Shown here: positions 50,589-60,204 of the stretch, piece by piece | Position numbering within the stretch: position 1 is the first letter of the stretch | Layout: every line of letters begins with the position of its first letter | Assembly (NCBI GenBank): GCA_051362555.1 | Contig: CM120648.1 | Location: 5,080,587 to 5,144,586 of the forward strand | Direction of reading: 5' to 3' | Source of the DNA: Lingula anatina | Lineage: Eukaryota; Animalia; Brachiopoda | Length of the DNA stretch: 64,000 bases | Notes under the pieces: generated by a model | Databases searched by the model: none | What the model saw: only the letters and a program-made list of their open reading frames with translations | Told to the model about the DNA's origin: nothing | Made by a program: the position numbers and the translations under genes

Positions 50589-53209
50589 CAGCTTAATAAC
50601 CTGGCTATTTTGTAAGATGGTTTCCTATACCATGTGGCTACGAATTAATGGATGAATGGTAAGATCAAATGAAATGGAGTGAAAAGTGAGGCAAATCAAA
50701 TTACAAAAATTAAATGTCTTCACTGAAAAAAAGAGTTAAGCAGAAATGCTACCAAAATCCCATGGCACTCGCATGAATCTTTGTGTGGCACGAAAGCTGT
50801 TATAACATAAAAAGACCATAGATAATTGTGCAATTCAATATACCATTTTGTGTAACATTTTTTGAATACATAATCAATACCAAGCTATCATAAATTGGGT
50901 CTGTGTTGCATTTTGGTTTGTGTTGAGATGGCGACAAACATGGACTGGTAAAAATGACATCATAAGACGACTTTAAAAGTTTACAACTGATTTGACTGTC
51001 TGGGAAACAATTGAATGGGATACCATTGGATATTCATAGCAAGTATGATCTGTCTATCTGAATGAGGTATAAAGGTGCTTTTCACCTGTGGCGTATTCTT
51101 CTTGAGGGTGAATGAGGCGGGCATGTGAGCAAGACCCTTTGATGAAGGGTCGAAAAACGAAACAGCATGGTGCTTCTAGAACACAGGCAATTGTTTCTTT
51201 GCAGAATTCCTTTGTTGTACATTGCAAAATGTGTGGAATTTGGAGATCTTAGTAATTCATAGTAATACCATGGAAAAATGGCCACTTGGTACAATGACTT
51301 GGACTGACAGTATTTCAACTATTTGCTTGTAACTACTTTGGTCAGTTTGCTTGAAAATAAAACTAGCATCTTTCTGAATCTATTATTTCATATAAATTGT
51401 ATGAATTCAGAGAGAGAGAGAGAGAGTTAGAAAGAGAAAGAGAGAGAGAGAGAAAGAGAGAAGACCAGTAAAAAAAAAGGGGGAGGAAGGGGGGAATGAA
51501 CACCTTTTTATTTAAAGGAAATGGTCCATCTTGAATCAAAATATGATCTAGGTTATATGCCTTTTATCCAGTTGGTTTAGCAAAGGAAGCTGAACCCCTT
51601 TTCACGATTGGAGAGAGAGAGAGAAAGAGAGAATGAAAGAGAGACTGACTGTAAAAGGAATATTTCAAGATGGCCTCATCAGTTTAAATCAAGTCATTTA
51701 TATGGTGCCACTCAGTTTCCTGGAAAAACCAGTGCATAATCTTCTTCTAATTCTTTCCGCTGTAAACTAATCACACCGTGTGTCTTTTTACCAACAAACC
51801 AGACACAAGGCTGTGCTAGCTGCATGAAACATCTCTGTCTAGGCTTGGTTTTCTTAAGGAATTAAAGATCCTAAAGATCCAAAAAATTGTCCTAACTTTT
51901 AGATAGAAAATTTTGGATTTATTCCGTTTAGGATGAATCAGTACTGTAATAGTGCCCTGTTAAAAAAATTACTAGTAATCATTTTTCAGGAGATATTTTT
52001 TTTAACCTGTGAGGTGTGATGTTTCAGCCCTTCTTCAAAGGGGCTTGAATTTCACCATAAATCAGGGATGGTCTTCTAAAAATAAGCAGCATGTTTGCCA
52101 ATTCTATCTTTTATGAAAACAGATACAAGTTTCATTAACGTCGACCACTATTGATTTCTCTTCGGTCAGAGTAGCTGAGTAGAATTTTGTTCTTGAAATT
52201 TATGGGGCAATTTTCAGTTTTCAGATGGGTTGTGAATTAAACCAGCCAGAGGAAAGGCCCTGATGCACAGCTTTATGAATTATTCAGTCTATGTGCTTGC
52301 ATTATGTACAGCAATAACTGCTAAACCTATGTGGGACACATTTTTAGCTCTAGGATTCGGTTGTTGTTTTTATCTGACATGACTTCATTTAGGCATTATA
52401 TTGTCTGCAATAGTCTCTCTCTCTCTCTCTCTCTCTCTTTGGCAATTGTGGGTATGAAAAGATATATATATAATGGGAAATGTTTAATCTCCCATTATAT
52501 ATATATATAATGGGAGATTAAACATTTGATAAGCCACTTTTTCTTGTTCATGATAATGAATATAACAAAAGCAGTAAAAAAATTGATGATAACTATATTA
52601 TAGTAGAAAATTACAATTTGAATGATAATTAAAACATAACTTCTGAGTAAGTATGATATTTGAAAATCAAACTAAAACCCCAGCTACTGGTAGCATAGGT
52701 ACATTAAAACGTAGGCAAATAAAGTGATTTCTTTTCTTTCATGCACGATTAAAATACAGCTGTGTTTAATACACTTATACTAAGTCATGTTTTCTGTGGT
52801 TGTCACTCACCTGTATGGCCACCAGTGATTTATCACTCAGAATGCTGCTCGATCACCACTGCTATCACATTTCAAGGAAATGCTGCATACGATCTCACTT
52901 TTCCTAGCAACCCAAAGCTCGAGACACCAAACTCCTTGAAAATTACGGAATGAAAAAGCCAAGCTATTTAATCTCCACAGAGTGCATGTCTTTTCATAAG
53001 ACCATAGATGAATGTAATTAGTTTGTGGTCGTAAGGAAACGTATGGATTTATGAAGCCTGTTATTAGAATCTTGAACTCTGATTGGACGATTGCCAGGTT
53101 GTGGATGTATTTTGCTGATATCTGGTTTAGATATTTGTATTGTGGAAATAACTAGTGTCTGTCAGTCTGCCTGTCAATTTGATGGATTTATTTACATTTA
53201 TTTTTTTTT

Positions 53210-53272
<63 letters not shown>

Positions 53273-56245
53273 AGGGCACTGTGTACTGCTATGAAGTTGT
53301 GCTGTTGGACTGAATGTGTAGAGAGTTAATGGAAAAATTTGAGTTTAACCACAAGTCAATTCCACAGATTATTTAAACCAACAGATATTTTTGCCTGCAG
53401 GTGTAGAAGCAGCAAATCTACGCAAACAGTATTAATTTTTTTTCTTCCTCTGATGTGATAGTTAATATGTGATAGTAATGTGGCCATAATCATGTTAAGT
53501 GAAATGTGATACCTTTAAGAAAACCTTACCTTTTTCAACAAGAACACTATGGATGAAGCACATTCAGCTTTCAGTGCTATTATGCAATACTACTTCAGAT
53601 GCACTTGCAGCAGGCTTCCTGCAGACTGACAAGCTTCCCATATGGGAATAAAGAACACGGAGCTCATGCATTTATTATTATCTGAAGTGTTGTGTTTACT
53701 GTATTGACACTTCTTAATTGATGGATAATGGTATGAAAAGCACAAGTGTATAGCCCTGTAGGCACAATTTTTTTCAAAAGGGGGGGGGGGGGGGGCTCGT
53801 TTTCTGAAAAAGCAAAGCTTTTTACCCCCTAATTGAACTGACTTGTGAAATGCCATTGAACCTAGATTAAATTTTTAGTCGAAGCAGACTATTTTCCAGC
53901 TAAAAGGTTAGTTCTTTTGAATCCGCCAGCCCTTCCCCCTTCTAGGGCCTGAGTGTGTGTGTGTATATATTAGCATATGCTGATTTCCTCCTTTTTTATT
54001 TGTGAAAGAGGAATTTTGACATTTGTTTGGTTTTGTATGAAATCCACCCGCCCCCCCCCCCCCCCCCAAAAAAAAAAAAAAAAATCCTCCTTTCTCTTAA
54101 AGCAAATTCTTGCCCTGAGCATCCCTGAAAATGGAATTAATCTTTCTAAATTGCGCCGTGGAGAGATGAAATGGGAGTGAGAGTGGCAGTGGTGCCTGGG
54201 TTACACGTCAGCTGTGGGGGAAATTGATTGATATCTGACTGGTGGAGAGGTCTTTTGTCATTATTTACATATTTGCCAGACGGATCCCAGCAGATTCAAT
54301 AGAAAATTAACAGACTGATGTTTTCATCATTTTTAGTGTTTTGTTATGTTAGATTGTCAGTGCGTGTCCCGGCAAATTTCAACACAACGAATAAAAAAAG
54401 AAAAAACAAAGGGGAAAAATCGACCTCATGTAGTTCTGTGAATGATTATGTACTCTAATTCATCTTTTCATTAATGTGCATTTAGTATCAGTTAACAGTA
54501 AACCAGTAACTGACAATTGCCTATAATTGCTCACAAAGAATTTCTGTGATGAGAAAAGTCAATGAACTTTTTGTGATGAAAAAAAAATTATTGGATTTGT
54601 GGGTTAATCAAATCAATGTGATTAGCCTACTATGGTTCTGCTTCTGTTTCCTTAATTCTGGTTTTATAATTGTCATGAAAATGTGTATTTTAAGATATGA
54701 ACACGCTTTGCCTTACATAGACCAGTTGTTCTTAGCAATGACAGGTGTAAGCTGATACAAAATTCCAGGCCACTTATCCGTCTGTAGTCAGGTTATTATT
54801 ACTGACGTAACACGTACCCCTGATGATTTGGTTGCTTTGCTATGATTGCGGAAAAGCACCAGCAAACAAAGGGAAACAACAGATAAAATTGAGTAGAACA
54901 GTGGGTAATATAAGAGAAAAATTTTGTTCAAGTAAATAAAATGTTCGACTTTGGAAATAATGCAGCAATGATCCAACATGGTGATATGATATTCAACAGG
55001 GAACTAATAGAATTCTGTGGTATCACTCAGCTGGACAAATCAGAACAATTTCCAAGGGGAGGGAGGTCTTTTTCTGAATAAGTTGACCTCACCGAGTTAA
55101 AATTTTACTCAGAGTTTTCCCAGCAAAAAGGACAGTTCATTCACCCCCCCCCCCCCCCAAGCTATGGGTCTCCTCTTTTAGTATTGGGCAATTTTCAGTA
55201 AAACAAATAATGTTTCTGCAAGACGGATATCGCCACCCCTTATTCTCCCCGGTTTTGCTAACAATGACAAATGTGTGAAGCACTCTGCATTTCGACTTTT
55301 AAGCTTGAGGTCTTGCGTCCTCTTGTGGCTTGTTTGTAATTTAGTTTCACAGCTTCGTAAGCTTTTAGTTCATTTTCTACATGGCCATTTCCTCCAGTGT
55401 TCAGTTGCCCGGGGAACAAATTTGCTTGTAAAAAGTAATTGAGTGAATTGAGTTAATTTTCAGTTGTGTAAGATTGATGATTTTGTCATTAATCCTCCTC
55501 TTGGGAAATTTATATCTGCTGGCCGTTGTGTCTGTGGAAACGCCTACTGTTTTTTTGAGGAAATAGCATGTAATAATAGTCTCGGTAAATATTTATCCAT
55601 ATTTATCTCATTTTCAGTCTTTATATGGTACAACACTGAGAGACATAAAGAGAAATATGAAAACTGCCACTGGGAGGTAGGGGTTTTTAAATATTTCGGA
55701 ATATGTAATAACCCAGTGCTAGAATATATAATGATGCACATTTGCATTTTGGTGCAGTTATGAATTTTTTTTTTTTATCTCGTAATGCAGATTTGGTAGA
55801 GAGTTGTTATTGTATTTCTTTTTGATCTGCTTGACTTTTGGCAACTTCATTGTGTGAAATTAGCCCACACGATGTGAAAAGGAGAATAATTAGAGGTCAT
55901 TATGGGTGAATTCATTGTGTTAGATGATACTTGGAAGCATTCATAAGAAATCCATCTAAATTAAGGATTTTATAAATGTATGATAAGCAAGAGTAGATGT
56001 GTTTGTGTATAATGGGAACTAGAGATTTGATAGCAGCTATATCATTTTTTCAGTCATTGGAAAAAGTCAGAGGCAGAACTCTCCAAGCTGAATTATGATT
56101 TTGATATCAACAAAGCCACGGAACTGAAGAATAGAGGCAATGCGTGCTTCAGAGAAAAAGATTATGAAACTGCACAGAATTACTACTCACAGGTACATAT
56201 GCACTGCTAGGTTCATCCATCAGGCATCCCCCCCTCCCCCCCCCC

Positions 56246-56290
<45 letters not shown>

Positions 56291-58538
56291 CTTGGCCTGC
56301 ATTCACTCTCTTAATGTCAAGTCGATGTTACAATACAGTTTTAAACTCTGTTTCCAGGCCCGTAGCCAGCAATTTCAAAAGGGGGGTTCTTTTTCCGAAA
56401 AAGTGGACCTTTTTCAATAAAAACTTCATGAACCTAGATCAAATTTTACCCAGAGTGGACCTTTTCCCAGCAAAAGGGGTGGTTCTTTCGAACCCCCGAA
56501 CCCCCCCCTGGCTACGGGCCTGGTTTCATTATAAGTGAGATAGAAATAATATAAATATCAACTAAAAATGTAATATTTTCAGACATTTATGAAAAACCAT
56601 ACAGGGCGTTATTTTCATTTATATATAATTTATTAAATTTTAATAATAATGTTATCTCTAGAAATGTTTTTTCTGATCTAGAATTTTGAAAAATCGCCAT
56701 TGTGTAAGAATTTTCTTAACTGTATTACTACTTTCTAAAGCATGGCCTCCTTATATGAATGTACGTCATGCATGTATACACGCACGCATGCACACACGCA
56801 CTTTTATGTCAATGTTCATATCCTTAAAAGTTCAACCTTAATACTCATTATATCCAGGCCATAGACTTTTGTCCTCCCAGTCAGAAGCGTCCAGTGTGTA
56901 CCAAGCTTCACCCTGACCACCTGGACAAGGGCTGTAGTAGCGGTCAAGTGGGCAGTCATGGGCCAGCATTGGACAAAATATGGTGTGTAGCTAAATGTGT
57001 GTGTGTGTGTGTGTGTGTGTACATATGTATAGGCAAATATATACATACAAACACATTGAAATGCATCCAAGCCAACACAGTACAGGGAGAATATGCTGCA
57101 TCAGGCTGGGGTTCTGAGCGCTCCTTTTTCTGAAAAGTAAACATTTTTAGCTGACCCAGCTTAAGAGGGACATAGAACCTCAATAATATTTCTATTCACA
57201 GAGAACATTTGCCAACCAAAAGGATGTTTCTTTTGAACCCCCAAATTTTCCTGTCTACGGGCCTGTGCATTTATGTGGAGAGAGAGAGAGAGAGAATACT
57301 AGAAGGCAATCAACCCCCCCCCCCCCCGACATCATCTGTAAAGGTAGTTGGATTACATCCAGGCCTCACTGCTTCTCAGTTATCCAAACTCCTGGTGAAT
57401 GAATAAATTGAAAACACTTGTACCTGTTCCAGTTAAAACCTTACACCCATCTGTCACTCTCCAGGTACAAGCTTCCTGCAGCCCTGTACAGCAACAGAGC
57501 CCAGTGTTTCCTGCACCTAGGGGAGTATGAGAGTGCCCTGGAGGACTGTAACCAGGCCATTGCCAGGTGTATGGAAGGTAAGGTCAGAATAGAGGTGGAC
57601 AGGGATAAGATTTTTCCAGCTAGTATCAGCACATTTCTGACTTTTTGGGAGCCAAAAATATTATTGGCCTTAGTTTTTGATTTAAAGCTAAGATCATTTC
57701 AATACTTAACCCTGCAAAATGTTTTAAGATTTTTTAAGCATAAACAATTTTTTTTAATTTTTAGAGTTGGAAGAAGCAAAAACTTTACGTCTGAAGTCGG
57801 TGTTCCGTCGAGCGAGAGCCCTGTATGAGCTGGAGTACTACCAGCAGGGACTTCACGATGTCGGATACTGTATTATCAAAAACAAAGAAGATGAGATGTT
57901 TAGAGATTTGTTTGATAAGGTAACTACAGATAAGTTATGAGTTTTGAATTATGGTGAAATAAACTTTTCATAGTTTCATTAATGTTGACTGTTTGGAACG
58001 TAAATAATTTGTTTGTAGACTTAACTTTCTTTTTACTTTTGACCCTTCTTAGGGACGAGTCAGTCATAGGTAAAAAAAAAAAAAAAACTATTTTCTTTAG
58101 AAACAGTTTAATTTTTCACCAATGTAAATGATTTTTGAAAAGTAGTTATGGATGTTATGTATGAAATATAAACCAGAAGGAAGTTGTTTTATACAGCAAT
58201 ATTCTTTTTAATTTTCTGAATATATGCATGTATATTCCAATTGTGTAAAGCATAAAAAACAAAAGTACGAGTGATTTTCCTTCTCTTGACATGGTAAAAT
58301 TATAATGAAGTATTACAACCAGACTTCAAATCCTTTCTCTTTTCAGATGTTTTACAAATACAGAATGAAGTACGGGTATGACATAGTTAAACGGTGCTGT
58401 GTGTGTCTAGAAGGAGATGGAGACAAACTGAAACGTTGCGAAAAATGCGACGAGGTTTACTGTAGCAAGGACTGCCAAATGAAAGCATGGAAAAATGGCC
58501 ACAAGGCTGTGTGTGGAACTAGAAACAAGCTCACATGA
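27768..58538 (+). CDS. Uncharacterised ~710-aa protein: helical (ARM-like) N-terminal region + 3 TPRs + C-terminal MYND zinc finger
   Basis: 14 GT-AG exons in consistent phase: 27768-27986, 28459-28750, 29548-29900, 30295-30354, 30502-30658, 31384-31484, 31659-31706, 32192-32311, 55618-55676, 56054-56192, 56858-56982, 57465-57577, 57765-57919, 58347-58538 (sum 2133 nt, open). TPR: ATELKNRGNACFREKDYETAQNYYSQAI, LYSNRAQCFLHLGEYESALEDCNQAI, KSVFRRARALYEL. MYND: CCVC..CEKC..YCSKDCQMKAWKNGHKAVC. The join across 32312-55617 and the ARM-like call are inferred. Confidence 0.75.
28774..28950. mobile_element. MITE family A copy 1 (TIR CAGGCCCGTAGCCAG), 5-bp TSD AGTTG
   Basis: agttg|caggcccgtagccag...ctggctacgggccag|agttg; closely similar to the copies at 29308 and 56355. 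Confidence 0.9.
29308..29476. mobile_element. MITE family A copy 2, 5-bp TSD ATTAT
   Basis: attat|caggcccgtagccag...ctggctacgggcctg|attat. Confidence 0.92.
31155..31310. repeat. ~25-bp minisatellite (aaagggcctgtgaatctatatg-like)
   Basis: About 6 degenerate tandem units visible. Confidence 0.75.
34102..34308. mobile_element. Palindromic MITE family C, degenerate copy
   Basis: Shares ccattccca...gatc..ctaaattgc..caacttaa..gctta.atgtctgtca...tgggaacccag with the copies at 49693 and 60722. Confidence 0.65.
35395..36246 (-). CDS. Single-FN3-domain type I membrane protein, nested antisense in the large intron of the TPR-MYND gene
   Basis: Intronless 283-codon ORF. Signal-peptide-like MAALLDVTFLGIIFIVLCDNVTS (ATG 36195 is a likely start), S/T/N-rich spacer, FN3 (SITIKW...ITGYKIQY...IQDLATDHNYDVCV), TM VISLCTIIGVVSIVVFAAWLYW followed by basic residues, tail ending AAYV. 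Splice acceptor ttttatttctatatttcag at 36353. Confidence 0.85.
   Translation of the reverse strand: MKYQRRQKMQIQVVHRIMAALLDVTFLGIIFIVLCDNVTSQEINYKMASSTATTLMPNENFPDSSVENDPKVKGQSSKLDQSNTGSDSAFNNTDMKMKSPVALHIRWVRSSTDSITIKWKTTVLPQDFNLSITGYKIQYSKDDGLKRLVTSEHAKELKLYKIQDLATDHNYDVCVLAEARITVNTTYMQTFTECIKARTLPIMHPSSVISLCTIIGVVSIVVFAAWLYWRWKKSQEDKKQIDANADEKEAMALTSDTNNTHDDNTVSNNGPHVSSIEDPAAYV
37538..37730. repeat. ~25-bp minisatellite (aagttatattatttagccttt)
   Basis: About 7 degenerate tandem units. Confidence 0.8.
37936..38109. mobile_element. MITE family B copy 1 (TIR CTGGGGTAGCG), 5-bp TSD ATTAA
   Basis: attaa|ctggggtagcgctaac...ctaacgctaccccag|attaa; homologous, in reverse orientation, to 59556-59716. 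Confidence 0.85.
40850..41290. repeat. ~78-bp tandem repeat, about 5 degenerate copies
   Basis: catggcaaatacagggaatattaatgttacaattcttaagaattct... recurs at 41033, 41111, 41189 with weaker flanking copies. Confidence 0.9.
49693..49937. mobile_element. Palindromic MITE family C, best-preserved copy
   Basis: Long imperfect inverted arms: ggatcgatctaactccctggggagtctcactaaattgctatcaacttaa / ttaagttgatagcaattaagtgagactcccctgggagttagaccgatcc. Confidence 0.8.
50204..50482. mobile_element. Foldback/MITE-like element with ~110-bp inverted arms
   Basis: attcacaacagatgatcc...ggtctccctgctgcc / ggcggcagggagacc...ggatcatctgttgtgaat; arms about 88% identical by eye. Confidence 0.8.
52478..52527. repeat. 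Perfect 50-bp palindrome centred on (TA)n
   Basis: aaatgtttaatctcccattatatat|atatataatgggagattaaacattt, with no spacer. Confidence 0.95.
55040..55171. mobile_element. Degenerate remnant of MITE family A (further relics near 53750-53950 and 57100-57265)
   Basis: aaattttactcagag..ttttcccagcaaaaagg...ccccccc..gctatgggtct aligns by eye with the family A internal sequence. Confidence 0.6.
56355..56522. mobile_element. MITE family A copy 3 (reverse orientation), 5-bp TSD GTTTC
   Basis: gtttc|caggcccgtagccag...ctggctacgggcctg|gtttc. Confidence 0.92.
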
Positions 58539-59555
58539 TCTGGTCTTCCTTCTCTTTTAAAAATATTTCCAGTAGTTGTGTACAAAGCTGCAAACAAGAC
58601 GACTTGTAAAAGTCAACAGTGTGTTTAAATCAAAGAAAGGACACAAGTTTCCCCCGTGCTTTGTGTCATGAATCAGATTCACATAGGACGTCATTTTCTG
58701 AGGATAGATGGCACTGCAGTGGGGTGGTAAAGTGCAGATTGTAAGAGTCTGAATAGATGTGCTCTCCGCAGCAAAATTATCAATGGTCACTTGAGTTTTC
58801 ATAAAAAAGTATTGAACTTCTTCAAGTTGTAGTTGCTGTTGGTGGAAAAAGTGTTTTATTACTTTATCTTGGGGGGTTGATTGTGAAGTAGTTGGTCCCA
58901 TATTTTGAGGATTTCAACTTTTCATATTTTTGTGGCTTATTATGGATCAATTTTATTTGTTACTTTGACAACTTTCTTTTATCAACATTTAAAATCAGAG
59001 TTACTCTTCTCCATTATTTTTGTTTATGCCAAGTACATTTTATCAAGACATTGAGGATTGGCACATTTAAGAAGTAAAATAAAGTTTGTTTTAACATAAA
59101 TATCCATTTTATTATTTCAAACTCCATCAAATTATCCAAACATCAATTCACTTTTCAGTGAATATTGTACTCTCTATTATGATAAATTAATTTCTGTTTC
59201 AATTCAGTAAGAAAATGAAAAGTGAATAACTATACTAGTACTGCAAGCACCCACTCTACAATCTACCAGAAAATTTATTTACAATCTTTCAAAGTAAAAA
59301 TGTGGAAAACACATCTGCTAAAAAAAATGTAATGTCTGTAAAATACAAAATACTGGGAACAAATTCAAAGCTCCTGAAAAATCACACATACAAATGAATT
59401 TCATAAATTTCTAACATCTGCAAGACTTTGCGTGCCCCTCATGTGAGTCACTGGAGTTTTCATGGATGATCCACCCTGGGCTCATCTTAATAAGCTATGA
59501 GTACTGGCTACTACAGTTTCCACTTTGCCATGTAAGGGAGGTTTTGGACTAAATG

Positions 59556-59716
59556 CTGGGGTAGCACCAGCAATCTTCTCCCTTAACCAAATTGCTTCTT
59601 TTATTTCCAGGTGGATTAAATTTTACTAAAACGAGTCAAATCAACCCTATTTAGTTTAGCCAGTTCAAGTCGCTTTTAGCATTCGGCTAAATTTGCCAGT
59701 TTTAGCACTACCCCAG
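59556..59716. mobile_element. MITE family B copy 2, 5-bp TSD AAATG, in the probable TMEM107 3' UTR
   Basis: aaatg|ctggggtagcacc...ttagcactaccccag|aaatg. Confidence 0.85.
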
Positions 59717-60204
59717 AAATGCATTCTAAAATTCCACCAATATTAACAAAGAAAATATTTTCATGCCATTACCGGTAAGACAAAATGCAAACTACATCAT
59801 AGTTCCATACCATGTCTTGAACCACCAGTACTATAACTTGAACTCTGGCCCATTTAGCAAAAGGACTTCAGTCAGAAAGTTAGCTAAATCTTTTAAGACT
59901 ACAATTTTAGTCTACTCAGACCCAAGATAAAACCAAAATATGGGTCTGGGCTTGACTTAAGTAGTTAAGTTGCTAAGACATGCCCAGTGGCAGATTCCAT
60001 TTTAGCACCAACAGCATTTCAATACAGATTATATTAATGCACTGACAAGTGTATGAGAGGTCAAGGTCCACTGTGACCAAACTTATTACACAGAGACCCC
60101 CATGTCAGCCTAGTTTAAAATTTTACAATTCCATGTTAACTATCCTGGTCCTTTGATGGCAATCAATCCAAATCGGTCCAACGTAGGCCTGGTGTGAATA
60201 TGCC

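Noticed and set aside
36400-55400. Many 60-130-aa ORFs in the large intron
   Set aside because: No domain-like content and no consistent splice chain; no transposase or reverse-transcriptase motifs recognised
55464-55763. 99-aa Cys-rich ORF next to exon 9 of the TPR-MYND gene
   Set aside because: Using it would need a ~34-nt intron or break the phase; the 55618-55676 exon in another frame fits both neighbours
59100-60200. U8 snoRNA (SNORD118), which lies at the TMEM107 3' end in mammals
   Set aside because: No recognisable U8-like sequence or paired C/D boxes seen; an Infernal search would be needed to exclude it fully
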